Positions 27,851 to 37,657 of a DNA stretch of 64,000 nucleotides are shown in pieces; positions within the stretch are counted from its first letter, which is position 1; every line of letters begins with the position of its first letter. The position numbers and the translations under genes were made by a program. The notes under the pieces are model-generated. The model made no database searches. It was not told the origin of the DNA and worked only from the letters and a program-made list of their open reading frames with translations. Source of the stretch: an uncultured delta proteobacterium (GTDB lineage: Bacteria; Myxococcota_A; Polyangia; Palsa-1104); the NCBI GenBank assembly GCA_963785725.1, contig CAWAWS010000029.1, positions 32,001 to 96,000 on the forward strand, in the 5' to 3' direction.

Positions 27851-29359
27851 TTACGCCATGACTCGCCGCGCGGTGGGCGCGGTCGTCGTCGTCGTCGTTG
27901 CGGATTCGGCGTCGCTGCTGTCGCGTCGCGTCGTCGTCGCCTGATCGTTCGGCAGCGGGGTCGGCTGCTCGCGCGCGGCGGAATCGCCGGACGAGCCCGT
28001 GTTCAGCTCGGCCAACGTCAAGCCGTGACCGGCGAGCGCGTCGCGCAAGCTGCCGGCGTTGTCGGCGAGTGACGTCGCCATCGCATCGGACGCCGCCGCC
28101 GCTTGCACGCGGACGTGGTGCGCGCTGGCGGCGATGGTGAGCGCGATGCGATCGGCGCCTTCACCGACGGTAATGGACGCGCGCGCGCTGGTCGACTGCG
28201 GCAACACGGGCGGCTCGACCGGCGCGGCGGCGCGCACCGAATCGGCTTTCGTCGTCGCGAAAGGACGCGCGTAGGTCGGCGCGCCGGTAAAGGTCGCGAA
28301 GTTTTCGCTCGCCGTCGTTTTGCCGGCGGATTCGCCCGCTTTCGGCTCGCTCGCGACCCGCGCCGTTTCGCGCGCGGCCGTGCTGGCGACGGCCGCCGAC
28401 GTCGCCGTCGTCGTCGTCGCCGCGACCGCGCGCGGATCGGCGCTCGCCGCCGGCGCCGGCGCGTTCGCCGGCAAGGCGGCCGCTGCAGTCGTCGTCACCG
28501 TGGCGTTGGCGTCGGCCGCCGTCGTCGCGACGTTGGCCGGCGGCGCTTGACGCTCACCGCTCGTCGCCGACTCGGCGTCGCCGTCGTCTTTCGCGCTCGC
28601 GTCGTCGATCTGGGTAGCCGCGGCGTGCGTGTGGGTCGCATGCGCGGCTTTGCCACTCGTCGCCGTCGCGTTCACGCTCGGCTTGCTGGCCGTCGCGCTC
28701 GGTTTGCTGGCCGTCGCGACCGGTTTGCCGGCGACGCGCGCGACGCCGATGGCCGTCGTGCTCTCGGCGGTCAGCGCGCTCGCGGCCGCGGCCGTGGTCG
28801 CGCTCGTCGTCACGCTCGCCGCCACATTCAATAGGGCCGTGGTGGCGCCTGTCGTCGTCGTGGTTGCGTTCGTGGCAGCCGCGTTCGCCGTCGGCGTGCC
28901 AGTCGCCGTAGCGTTGGCAGCGAGCGCGCTCGTGGCTGCGGTCGTCGTCGTCGCGGTCGTCGTCGTCGCGGTCGTCGTCGAGGGCGTGTTCGTCAGGCCG
29001 AGCGTCGCCGCGTCGTCCGCCGCCGGCGCAGCTTGAGCGCCGTCAGCCGTCGCCGGCGCGCCAGCTCCGTCGGCGGTCGCCGTGCCGTCAACATCGACGC
29101 CCGCGTCAACCACCCCATGATCGCCGCCGCCATCGGCAGCACGAAGCGCCTGCGCCGCCCGTGTGGCCGCGATGTCGTCAACTTTGTCATCCTCTCCGCC
29201 CACCTTGGAATCGGTCGCGGCGGCCGGCTGCGGCGGCGGCGCCGGCTGCGTCCGCAGCGCGCTCAATGCCGCCGCGAACTGGCCGCTCTCGAGCGGCGTC
29301 TGCGTCGTCTCGCGCTCGGCGCGCGCATGCGTCGTATTATTGAATCGACCGATCTTCAT
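27851..29359 (-). CDS. fliK: Hook-length control protein FliK (Ala/Thr-rich)
   Basis: Between fliJ and flgD; long low-complexity region; C-terminal LRDALAGHGLTL; ATG overlaps the fliJ stop. Confidence 0.75.
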   Translation of the reverse strand: MKIGRFNNTTHARAERETTQTPLESGQFAAALSALRTQPAPPPQPAAATDSKVGGEDDKVDDIAATRAAQALRAADGGGDHGVVDAGVDVDGTATADGAGAPATADGAQAAPAADDAATLGLTNTPSTTTATTTTATTTTAATSALAANATATGTPTANAAATNATTTTTGATTALLNVAASVTTSATTAAAASALTAESTTAIGVARVAGKPVATASKPSATASKPSVNATATSGKAAHATHTHAAATQIDDASAKDDGDAESATSGERQAPPANVATTAADANATVTTTAAAALPANAPAPAASADPRAVAATTTTATSAAVASTAARETARVASEPKAGESAGKTTASENFATFTGAPTYARPFATTKADSVRAAAPVEPPVLPQSTSARASITVGEGADRIALTIAASAHHVRVQAAAASDAMATSLADNAGSLRDALAGHGLTLAELNTGSSGDSAAREQPTPLPNDQATTTRRDSSDAESATTTTTTAPTARRVMA

Positions 29360-29778
29360 CGCGACCTCGTCGACGAAAGATCGTCCGCCAGCGACTGCTC
29401 GGCCGCGTGCCGCTTGGCGGCGATCTCGGCGCGCGTCTGATCGATCTGCTCGTCGCAGCTGCGCACGGCGCGTTCGCGCTCCTGCAGCACCTTCTGCGCT
29501 TTGCGCGTGCGATCTTGTGCGGCCGCTTGCATCTTGATGGCGTCTAACTGCAGAACCCGTGCCCGCTCGATCTCCTCGACAAACCCCAGCCAATCCGCGG
29601 CGCGCTTCGCCTGAATGGGCGGATGGTCGAGCCGAGCGTCAATTTCGCGGACGATCTGCTGCGTCTTCTGCTGCGCGTCGTGCAGCGCGCGGCCGGCTTC
29701 ACCCGCTTGCGCGGCGGCCACATCGCGAATACGCGTGCGCGCCGCCTTCAGCCGCTTCAACGTCTGCAGCTTACTCAC
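29356..29778 (-). CDS. fliJ: Export protein FliJ
   Basis: 140-aa coiled coil after fliI; C-terminal EQSLADD. Confidence 0.72.
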   Translation of the reverse strand: MSKLQTLKRLKAARTRIRDVAAAQAGEAGRALHDAQQKTQQIVREIDARLDHPPIQAKRAADWLGFVEEIERARVLQLDAIKMQAAAQDRTRKAQKVLQERERAVRSCDEQIDQTRAEIAAKRHAAEQSLADDLSSTRSR

Positions 29779-31082
29779 GCGGCATTTCCGATGGCCTTGC
29801 CGAGCGCCTGCATCGTCGAGCTGTAGTCGCTGCGTTCGTGGCTGGGTTGGCGCGCCCAGCCGTCAAATCTGTCACCGAACGCCAACGCCTCGTCGTAGGG
29901 CGCGTGCGTGCCCGGCGTGTAGGCGCCGAGGCTGCGCAGCTCCTCCACTTCCCGACGCGTGGCGATCAACCGCCGCGCTTTGCCGATGACCTGCTGCGCA
30001 TCGGGCGTCGTCACCTTCTGCAGCACGCGCGACGTCGACGACAAGAGATCGACCGCCGGAAAGTGCCCGCGCTCGGCCAGCGAACGCGAGAGCACGATGT
30101 GGCCGTCGAGCAGCGAGCGCGCCGAGTCGGCGACCGGATCGGACAGCTCGTCACCTTCGACGAGCACGGTGTAGATGCCGGTGATCGAGCCGCCGCCGTT
30201 GAGCGGCGCCACGCGCTCGAGCAGCTTGGGCATGATCGCGAACACGCTCGGCGGATAGCCCTTCGTCGCCGGCAGCTCGCCCGCGGCCAGGCCGATCTCA
30301 CGCAGCGCCATGCAGTAACGCGTCAGCGAGTCGATCACCAACAGCACGTGCTTGCCGCGGTCGCGAAAGTATTCGGCGATGGCGGTGGCGACTTGGGCGC
30401 CGCGCGCGCGCTCGAGCGGCGAGCGATCCGACGTCGCCGCGACGACGATGCTCTTCGACATGCCGTTCGAGACCAAGAGGTCGTGGACTTCGCAGCCGCG
30501 CTCGCCGATCAAGCCGACCACGGTGATGTCGGCGTTCGACTGATCCAAGATCTGCCGCATGAGCACGGTCTTGCCGACGCCGGCGCCGGCGAAGATGCCG
30601 ACGCGCTGGCCGCGACCGAGCGTCAACAGGGCGTCGATGGCGCGCACGCCCGTGTCCAGGCGCTGGTCGACGCTGCGGCGCGCGCCCAGCGGCGGGCCTT
30701 CGGCGTCGACGGGCACGCGATCTTTGACGTTCGGCGCCGGCTTGCCGTCGAGCGGCCGGCCGAAGGGATCGATGATGCGGCCGAGCAGCGCCTCGCCGGC
30801 GACCGTCTCGGCCAGCGTGCCTTTGCGGCGCACGCGCGCGCCCACTTCCAAGCCGCGCAAGTCGGAGAACGGCTGCACCAGCGCGCGATCGCCGCGAAAG
30901 CCGGTGACGGCGCCCGCGACTTTGCTGCGGTTGCAGTTGATCTCGACGAGATCGCCGACGCGCGCGCCGTCGAGAAAGGCTTCGATCTGCGTGGCCGAGG
31001 CTTCGGCGATGCGTCCGTAGGCGACCGGCTTGACGGCGTCGCGCAACAGCGGCGTGAGCACGCGCGAGTCGGCGTCGTTCAT
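29775..31082 (-). CDS. fliI: Flagellar export ATPase FliI
   Basis: AGAGVGKT Walker A, LIGERG, DSLTR, KGYPPS, LDGHIVL. Confidence 0.96.
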   Translation of the reverse strand: MNDADSRVLTPLLRDAVKPVAYGRIAEASATQIEAFLDGARVGDLVEINCNRSKVAGAVTGFRGDRALVQPFSDLRGLEVGARVRRKGTLAETVAGEALLGRIIDPFGRPLDGKPAPNVKDRVPVDAEGPPLGARRSVDQRLDTGVRAIDALLTLGRGQRVGIFAGAGVGKTVLMRQILDQSNADITVVGLIGERGCEVHDLLVSNGMSKSIVVAATSDRSPLERARGAQVATAIAEYFRDRGKHVLLVIDSLTRYCMALREIGLAAGELPATKGYPPSVFAIMPKLLERVAPLNGGGSITGIYTVLVEGDELSDPVADSARSLLDGHIVLSRSLAERGHFPAVDLLSSTSRVLQKVTTPDAQQVIGKARRLIATRREVEELRSLGAYTPGTHAPYDEALAFGDRFDGWARQPSHERSDYSSTMQALGKAIGNAA

Positions 31083-31768
31083 GCGACCTTCCGCTGACCG
31101 GCGCCGGCGCCCGACGTGCCGAGCGCGTCGGCGAGCGCGCCGCGCACCGCCTCCAGCCGCTCGTCGAGCGAGCTGTCGACGACGCGGCGCGAATTCTCGA
31201 CGACGCAGCCGGCCGGGCCGACCGACTCGTCGGGCACGAAGCGCACGGCGTCGGCCAATTCCGGCTTGAGCTCGACGACGACGTCAATCTCGGCCGCCGT
31301 CATGCGCACTTGCGGCAGCTCTTCGCCACCGAGCGCCGCGATGCCGGCTTCCACATGCTCCAAAATCAGCGACGGATCGGTCTGCGCTTCACGGCCGATC
31401 ACCTCGCGCGCGATCAACAGCACCAAGTCGAGCACGCGCTCGGGCGACGCCGGCCGCGCCACCGACTGCGCCGCCAGCTTGGCGATGCCCTCGGCGTACC
31501 GCGTCTGCATCGACTTGAGCTTCGCGGCCTCCGCTTCCAGCTGCCGCATCATGGCGTCGTGCTGCGCCTGCGGATCGATCTGCTGCTGCTGCGCGTTGTC
31601 GTTGGCCGCGTGGCCATGCGGCATGTGCGTGGGCGCGAACGGGTCGCGCACGGCCGGTGTCGCGCTCGCTTCCAGCCACGCCGGCGCCTGCGCGCGTTCG
31701 GCTACAGCCAAGCGCGGAATCAGCGCGGTCGCCTGACGATCGGTGACGATGCGGCCTTTGCGGATCAT
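31079..31768 (-). CDS. fliH: Export protein FliH
   Basis: Between fliG and fliI; IAREVIGRE, GCVVEN...VDSSLDERL. Confidence 0.82.
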   Translation of the reverse strand: MIRKGRIVTDRQATALIPRLAVAERAQAPAWLEASATPAVRDPFAPTHMPHGHAANDNAQQQQIDPQAQHDAMMRQLEAEAAKLKSMQTRYAEGIAKLAAQSVARPASPERVLDLVLLIAREVIGREAQTDPSLILEHVEAGIAALGGEELPQVRMTAAEIDVVVELKPELADAVRFVPDESVGPAGCVVENSRRVVDSSLDERLEAVRGALADALGTSGAGAGQRKVA

Positions 31769-32782
31769 TTAGACCAACTTCTCCCCGCCGCCCGACGACG
31801 GCAGCGCGAGCTTGCCCTGCTGCGACATCTTCATCGCCGTATCGACCACGTCGCGCTGCGCCTTCTCGACGTCCGAGAGCTTGGTCGGCGGCATCATCGA
31901 CAGGTCCTCGCGCATCGACTCGGCCGCGCGCGCCGACACCGCCGAGAGGAACTTGTTGCGCAGCTCCTCCGACGCCGTCTTGAGCGCGAGCAGCATCGTC
32001 TCCGACGGCACTTCGCGCATGAGCGGCTGCAGCTGGCGCGCTTCGATGCGGCCCAAATCCTCGAAGGTGAACATGGCCTCGCGAATCCGCGGCGCCAGCT
32101 TGGCGTTGGCCTCGCCGAGCGCGCCGAGCAGACGTTCGGAGTCGGTCGGGCCGAGCTCGTTGAGCAGCTCGGCGGCGAAGGCGATGCCGTCGAAGTCGCG
32201 GCTGTCGCTCTCTTCCGACAGCGCGCCGGCCGCGGACAGCGCCTTGGCCAGCGCTTCCGACGCCAGCTCGACCATGTGCGGCGGCACCGTCTCCAACGAC
32301 GCGATACGACCCAACAGATCGGCCTGCTGCTCTTTGGTCATGACGAGCAGAATCTCGGCCGCCTGCGCGCGCGGCAGCTGCGACAAGATCACGGCCGCGA
32401 CCTGCGGATGCTCTTCACCGAGCAGCTCGGCGACGGTCGCGGTGCGCGCGTTCTTGATGAGCTCGAGCGGCGCCGACGGCGGCTGCGTGGGCGAGAACAG
32501 CTCCTGCGCGCGATCGGTGCCGATGCTCATCGCCGTCAATTGGCGCACGTAATCGCCCGCCGCCGCCGGCAACATTGGCGCTGACATCGCGCGCTCGAAG
32601 TCCTCGAACACCGGCTCCAGCGCTTCGGCCTTGATGCCGCGCAGCGAATCGGCGGCCTCGGCAAGCAGCCGAACATCCTTCTCTTCCAGCTTGGACAGGA
32701 TCGCGCGGGCCACGTCTTCATCGAGTCCGAGCAGCACCAGCGCAGCGCGTTGACGAGCGTCGAGGGTCATCGACGCGTTCAC
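31769..32782 (-). CDS. fliG: Motor switch protein FliG
   Basis: EHPQ, MFTFEDL, SARAAESMREDL. Confidence 0.96.
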   Translation of the reverse strand: MNASMTLDARQRAALVLLGLDEDVARAILSKLEEKDVRLLAEAADSLRGIKAEALEPVFEDFERAMSAPMLPAAAGDYVRQLTAMSIGTDRAQELFSPTQPPSAPLELIKNARTATVAELLGEEHPQVAAVILSQLPRAQAAEILLVMTKEQQADLLGRIASLETVPPHMVELASEALAKALSAAGALSEESDSRDFDGIAFAAELLNELGPTDSERLLGALGEANAKLAPRIREAMFTFEDLGRIEARQLQPLMREVPSETMLLALKTASEELRNKFLSAVSARAAESMREDLSMMPPTKLSDVEKAQRDVVDTAMKMSQQGKLALPSSGGGEKLV

Positions 32783-34344
32783 GATGCAGAATCCTTGCCA
32801 GCCGGCTGACCCTCATTCATCCACGAAGAGAGGACGCGCGCGGCCCGCGTCGTGTCGCCGCGAGCGGCCTGCAGCGCGCGGTCGCGCGACGACGCAGAGG
32901 CCGGTAATTCCGCGGCCGGCGAGGGCGCGCGGGCCAACGTCGCTTCCAGCCGCTCGACCGGCGCCGGCAAGGCGCGAACGATCTCGGGCGCGATGGGCCG
33001 CTTGCGCCGCGCCAACATGAACGCCACTAAAATGACGAACACGCCCGCGCCCGCCGCCGCGTACGGCGCCCACTTCGGCAGCTTCAAGGCCGGCTTCTCG
33101 TCCGCGCCCGTGTCGACGACGATGGGCGCGAACGGCGCCTGCGCCACTTCAATCTTGTCCCCGCGCTCGTCGTCGAGGCCGGCCGCCGTGCGCGCCAACG
33201 TCCCGATACGCGTCAATTCTTCGGTGGTGCGCGGTTTGTGTCCGCCTTTGGCGTCGCTCGCTTCATCGACGAGCACGGCCACGTGGATGCGCTTGACCCG
33301 CGACTTCGGCTGCACGACGCGGCTGACCACATGGTTGACTTCGTAGTTGCGTGTCTCCTGCAGACGCAGACGGCCGGCGTCGCTCGACGGCGTCGTCGTG
33401 CCCGCGGGCGAGCCCGGCAGGTTGCCGTGCGCGCCCGACACGCCGCCGGCGTTGCCATCGGCCGCGCCCGTGCGCTCTTCGGTCTTCGACTCCGAGCGCA
33501 GCGCGATCTTGTCTTTGTCGTAGGTGTCTTCGGTGCGCTCGGCGCGCGACTCGTCAATCTCGGCCGTCACTTCCACCTGCGCGTGACCGACGCCGACGAC
33601 GCGCTCGACGATCTCGCGCACCCGCTTCGACAGCGTGCGCTCCAAATCGGCCGAGGCTTCGATGCCCGTGCCCGAGTCGTCGCCCGACCACAAAGGCGTA
33701 CCTTGCTCGTCGACGACCGTGACGCGCTCCGGCTTCAACCCGGGAATGCTCGCCGCCACCAAGTGCACGACGCCGCGCACCTGCGGCGACGACAGCTTGT
33801 GGCCCGGCTTGAGCGTCAACACCACCGACGCCGTGGGCGCGTCGTCGTCCTCTTTGTACAGCGAGCGCTCGGGCGCCGCGATGTGCACGCGCGCCCGCTC
33901 GACCGCATCCAACGACATGATCGTGCGCGCCAATTCACCCTGCAGCGCGCGCCGATAGTTCATCTGCTCGACGAAGCTGGTGGTGCCGAACGACTGCTTG
34001 TCGAAGAGCTCGAAGCCGACGCCGCCGCCGCGCGGCAAGCCGGCGCCCGCCATGCTCAAGCGCAGCTCGTGAACGCGCGCAGCCGGCACTTCAATCGTGT
34101 CGGCGCCGGTGATGCGATAAGGGGTGTTGTCGGCCTTGAGCTGCTCGACGACTTTGGCCGCGTCCTCGGTCTGCAAGCCGCTGAAGAGCACGGCCCAATT
34201 CTCGGTCGGGCCTTTGAGCCCCAAAAACGCCGTGCCCACGACGCTGCCGAGGACGACGAGGATGACGAGCATCCGGCTCGTCGTCGGCATTTTGGCCCAC
34301 ACGGCCTTGGCCTGGTCGATGATCTTCTTCAGCTCGCCGTTCAT
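32779..34344 (-). CDS. fliF: MS-ring protein FliF
   Basis: GFELFD, NYRRALQGELARTI, ARVHIA, ASVVL, ETRNYE. Confidence 0.96.
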   Translation of the reverse strand: MNGELKKIIDQAKAVWAKMPTTSRMLVILVVLGSVVGTAFLGLKGPTENWAVLFSGLQTEDAAKVVEQLKADNTPYRITGADTIEVPAARVHELRLSMAGAGLPRGGGVGFELFDKQSFGTTSFVEQMNYRRALQGELARTIMSLDAVERARVHIAAPERSLYKEDDDAPTASVVLTLKPGHKLSSPQVRGVVHLVAASIPGLKPERVTVVDEQGTPLWSGDDSGTGIEASADLERTLSKRVREIVERVVGVGHAQVEVTAEIDESRAERTEDTYDKDKIALRSESKTEERTGAADGNAGGVSGAHGNLPGSPAGTTTPSSDAGRLRLQETRNYEVNHVVSRVVQPKSRVKRIHVAVLVDEASDAKGGHKPRTTEELTRIGTLARTAAGLDDERGDKIEVAQAPFAPIVVDTGADEKPALKLPKWAPYAAAGAGVFVILVAFMLARRKRPIAPEIVRALPAPVERLEATLARAPSPAAELPASASSRDRALQAARGDTTRAARVLSSWMNEGQPAGKDSAS

Positions 34345-34359
34345 GATGTATGTCGTCCT

Positions 34360-34680
34360 TTAGAGCGGCGTGTTCATGAGGTCTTTGTAGGCCTCGAGCG
34401 CTTTGTTCTTCAACGTCACGGCGTAACGCAGCGCGATCGTCGACTTCTCGCTCGCGATCATGACTTCGTGGATGCCGACGCTGGGGTCGCCGTCGGCGAA
34501 CTTGGTGGCCATCTCGTCCGACTGCTTGTCGAGCGTGTTGGCGCTCTTGAAGGCGTCGCCGAGCGCGTCCGAGAAGCTGACGCCGTTCGACGACTTGTCG
34601 TCGTGATCGGCGGCCGGCGTCATCCGCTCGATGCCGGACGTATCGATCGGTGTGTCGCGGAGCTGGATGGGCAACGACAT
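34360..34680 (-). CDS. fliE: Hook-basal body protein FliE
   Basis: SFSDAL, IHEVMIASEK, NKALEAYKDLM. Confidence 0.93.
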   Translation of the reverse strand: MSLPIQLRDTPIDTSGIERMTPAADHDDKSSNGVSFSDALGDAFKSANTLDKQSDEMATKFADGDPSVGIHEVMIASEKSTIALRYAVTLKNKALEAYKDLMNTPL

Positions 34681-34682
34681 GG

Positions 34683-35120
34683 TTATTTCCCGATCCCGAT
34701 GGCTTTTTCGGCCAGCTGCGTCGCCGAGTCGAGCGCCGTGACGCCCGCTTGATAGGCGCGCGACGCCGTGATCATGTCGACCATCTCCTCGACGGGATTG
34801 ACGTTCGGATAGGCGACGTAACCATCGGCATTCGCGTCGGGATGGCCGGGGTCGTACTCCATGCGCGGCGGCGAGGCGTCGGCTTTGATGCCGGCCACTT
34901 GCACGCCGGTCACGGCGCCCGCGGCGTCGCCCGCTTGCGCGCCCGAGATGTTCTGCGACGCGGCCTGCGCGCGCAGCACGACGTCTTGGCGCGCGTAGGG
35001 CTTGCCGTCCGGCCCTTTGGTGGTCTGCGCGTTGGCGAGGTTCGACGAAGCGACGTTCAGACGCGTCCGCTCGGCGTTCAAGCCGGTCGCGCTGACTTCC
35101 ATGGCGGTAAAGAAATCCAT
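34683..35120 (-). CDS. flgC: Rod protein FlgC
   Basis: SNLANA, YDPGHPDANADGYVAYPNVNPVEEM. Confidence 0.96.
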   Translation of the reverse strand: MDFFTAMEVSATGLNAERTRLNVASSNLANAQTTKGPDGKPYARQDVVLRAQAASQNISGAQAGDAAGAVTGVQVAGIKADASPPRMEYDPGHPDANADGYVAYPNVNPVEEMVDMITASRAYQAGVTALDSATQLAEKAIGIGK

Positions 35121-35131
35121 GAGTCGTCTCC

Positions 35132-35524
35132 TTACGTGCCGTCGCCGGCGGCGTATTTGAGGTCGGACAACGTGCGCGACACGAGCTCGGAGTTGGCCGA
35201 GTAGCGGACGCGGTTGGCCGCGACCTTGGCCATTTCGCGCTCGAGGTTGACTTGGTTGCCGTCGGCGCTCGGGTTGGCGGTGTCGCCGTCCGAGAACTTC
35301 AGCTCGCCGGCCAGGCCGCCGTCCGTCGCCGGATCGATGTGGGCCGCGTTCGTCTTCGCCAGCGTCTCGGCGAACGACATCGGCTGCGCGCGCCGCTCGA
35401 GATCGGCCGGCTTGTAGCCCGGCGTGTCGAGGTTGGCGAGGTTGCCGGCCAACACCGCGTGGCGATCACGATGGAAGTCGAGAGCGGCTTCCATGTGCGT
35501 CAGCGAATCGAACATGGTCTTCAT
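35132..35524 (-). CDS. flgB: Rod protein FlgB
   Basis: GNLANLDTPGYK, DGNQVNLEREM; start chosen downstream of the sigma54 site. Confidence 0.94.
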   Translation of the reverse strand: MKTMFDSLTHMEAALDFHRDRHAVLAGNLANLDTPGYKPADLERRAQPMSFAETLAKTNAAHIDPATDGGLAGELKFSDGDTANPSADGNQVNLEREMAKVAANRVRYSANSELVSRTLSDLKYAAGDGT

Positions 35525-35538
35525 CGGAAAGTGGCTAG

Positions 35539-35555
35539 AGCAACTAACGAGCCAG
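35539..35555 (-). promoter_or_regulatory. sigma54 promoter of the flgB operon
   Basis: Minus strand CTGGCTCGTTAGTTGCT = TGGC-N7-TTGC. Confidence 0.8.
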
Positions 35556-35603
35556 CGCGAAGTCCGCGTCGTTTGCGGGTTTCGCGTCGCTGACACCGTC
35601 GCT

Positions 35604-35654
35604 GTCGGCGAGATTGACGGCGCCAAACGTCAAGGCGAGCCCGTCAGAATCGAA
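35604..35654. promoter_or_regulatory. Putative enhancer sites upstream of flgB
   Basis: GTCGGCGAGATTGACGGCGCCAA (35604-35626) and CCGTCAGAATCG (35641-35652), related to 25744-25767 and 38369-38382. Confidence 0.55.
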
Positions 35655-35804
35655 TGCGCAATCGCGAGGTCCGCGAAAGGCCGCGCCCGTTGGCGCGCTG
35701 CGAAGTCGAGGTCGGTTTGTCGGGTGAGCGTTAAGCAGGAAGCGGACCGCAGCGCGGTCGCGAACGAGACTGCCGAGCGAGGCGGAGCGGCGTGCGCGCT
35801 GTGT

Positions 35805-37256
35805 TTACGTCCCCAGCTTGCGCAGCTTCTCGACGAGCGTCGTGCGGTTGAGGCCGAGCAGCGCCGCGGCTTCCGTACGATTGCCTTCGGCGCGCGAGAT
35901 GGCCTGCTCGATGACCTGACGCTCGACCTCGTCGAGGCGCGCGCGCAGATTGAGCGAGTCGTTGCTCGTCGACGCGACCGCCGACAACAGCGCCGCCGAC
36001 TCCGACTGCGCCGGCGCGACCGACGTCAGCGGCGTCGCCATCGGGCGCGACGGCGAATCGTTGGACGCCGAGACGAGCAAGAGCTTGGCCGGCGCCGAGC
36101 GCTTGCGCGTCGAGCCGAGGCGCAGACAGGCCGCGGTGATCGGGCCGTCGGCCAGCGCCAGCGCGCGCTCGATCGCGTTCGCCAGCTCGCGCACGTTGCC
36201 GGGCCAGCTGTACGACAACAGCGCCTGCTCGGCGCTCGGGTGCACGACCGGCGTCGCGCCGCCGTGCGCACGACCGGCGCGCTCGAAGAACGTGCGCGCC
36301 AGCGGCAAGATGTCGCCCGGACGCTCACGCAGAGGCAAGAGCTCGACCGGCAGCACGCTCAAGCGGAAGTACAGGTCGGCGCGGAACTTCCCTTCGTCGA
36401 CGAGCCTCTCGAGGTCCTGGTTGGTCGCGGCCACGACGCGGATGTCGATCGGCGTCGACGTGTTGGAGCCGACCGGCGTCACGGCGCGCTCTTGCAGCAC
36501 GCGCAACAGCTTGGCCTGCGCCATCAGCGGCATGTCGCCGATTTCGTCGAGGAAGAGCGTGCCGCCATCGGCGGCGACGAGCTTGCCGTCGCGCGCCTTG
36601 TCGGCGCCGGTGAACGCGCCGCGGGCGAAGCCGAACAGCTCGGACTCGATGAGCGTCTCGGGGATGGCGGCGCAGTTGACGGCGATCATCGGGCGATCGC
36701 GGCGCGATGACGCCTGGTGCAGCGCGCGGGCGACGACTTCTTTGCCGGTGCCGCTCTCGCCGGTGATGAGGACGGTGGCGGGAGAATTGGCGACCTTGCG
36801 GATGAAGCGCAGGACTTCCATCGTGTGCGCGTCGTCGCCGACCATGTCGATGTCGGCGCGGCGGCGCCATTCGTCGGTGGCGTCGCCGATGGGACGATAA
36901 GCGCGGATGATGTCGCCGAGACGCACCGAGTCGAACGGCTTCTCGATGACCTCGGTGGCGCCGGCGCGCACGGCGGCGCTGATCGACTTGACGCGCGCTT
37001 CGGCGGTCACGCAGAACGCGGCGCGGGCGCGGCGCTCGGCCACGATCAGATGAATGAGCTCGGAGCCGTCGCCGTCGGGCAGGTTGAAGTCGACGAAGGC
37101 GACGTCGAACGTGCGGCGGGCGATGGCGGCGCGGCCGTCGGCGATCGAGGTCGCGGTGACGGCATCACAATTGTGACGCTGGAGCAGGCGTGACAGCGCG
37201 GCGGCCATCTCGAAGTCGTCGTCCACGATCAATGCAGTGCAACGCGGCTCGCTCAT
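35805..37256 (-). CDS. sigma54-dependent response regulator (REC-AAA+-HTH), FleQ/FlrC-like flagellar activator
   Basis: IVDDD, FVDFNLPDG, GESGTGKE, GAFTGA, LFLDEIG, WPGNVREL, GLNRTTLVEKL; adjacent to flgB. Confidence 0.88.
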   Translation of the reverse strand: MSEPRCTALIVDDDFEMAAALSRLLQRHNCDAVTATSIADGRAAIARRTFDVAFVDFNLPDGDGSELIHLIVAERRARAAFCVTAEARVKSISAAVRAGATEVIEKPFDSVRLGDIIRAYRPIGDATDEWRRRADIDMVGDDAHTMEVLRFIRKVANSPATVLITGESGTGKEVVARALHQASSRRDRPMIAVNCAAIPETLIESELFGFARGAFTGADKARDGKLVAADGGTLFLDEIGDMPLMAQAKLLRVLQERAVTPVGSNTSTPIDIRVVAATNQDLERLVDEGKFRADLYFRLSVLPVELLPLRERPGDILPLARTFFERAGRAHGGATPVVHPSAEQALLSYSWPGNVRELANAIERALALADGPITAACLRLGSTRKRSAPAKLLLVSASNDSPSRPMATPLTSVAPAQSESAALLSAVASTSNDSLNLRARLDEVERQVIEQAISRAEGNRTEAAALLGLNRTTLVEKLRKLGT

Positions 37257-37402
37257 CGTGGATACCGATTAGCAAGCGACGATCCACACACCGTTTGCTT
37301 GGGGACGTCGATGAGCGTCGCGCGCGACGCGGACTTACGGGGGCCGCGCGCGAGGCGGCCGTCACGGCAATGGCGCTGGCGCCGTCAAGCGGTTGACGAT
37401 CG

Positions 37403-37657
37403 TCAATCGGTCGTCGCCGCGTCGTCGCCGGTGGTGCTGAGGTCGGAGGTCGTACTCAGGTCTACACCGCCATCGCTTCCGCCGTCGCCGACGTCGGTCT
37501 TGGTGCCGGCCAAGTCGGGCGGGACGACGCAGGTGCCGAGGTTGCTGCAGATGAGCGTGCCCTGGCAGTCGGTGCTGCGCGTGCACATCGATTCGTTGCA
37601 GCCGACGACGGCCAAGCCGAACAGCACGACCAAGGAGAGGATCCACTTACAACGCAT
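37403..37657 (-). CDS. Small Cys-rich lipoprotein with an acidic linker tail
   Basis: Lipobox VVG-C; C-x5-C-x5-C-x5-C; PDLAG, DGG and DLS motifs; start overlaps the upstream gene end. Confidence 0.72.
   Translation of the reverse strand: MRCKWILSLVVLFGLAVVGCNESMCTRSTDCQGTLICSNLGTCVVPPDLAGTKTDVGDGGSDGGVDLSTTSDLSTTGDDAATTD

Noticed and set aside
27851..29359. GTC/GCC-rich repetitive DNA as a possible CRISPR or repeat array
   Set aside because: Thr/Ala codon runs inside fliK; no constant repeat-spacer structure anywhere in the window
18295..34344. Non-flagellar type III secretion system (injectisome) interpretation
   Set aside because: Rod, hook, P/L rings, flagellin and cap genes are present and no secretin or needle gene is seen
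5505..36710. Many long plus-strand ORFs opposite the flagellar genes (e.g. 5505..7760, 8633..10456, 11163..13379, 20594..22327)
   Set aside because: Arg/Ala-rich antisense shadows expected in high-GC DNA; the minus-strand frames carry the family motifs
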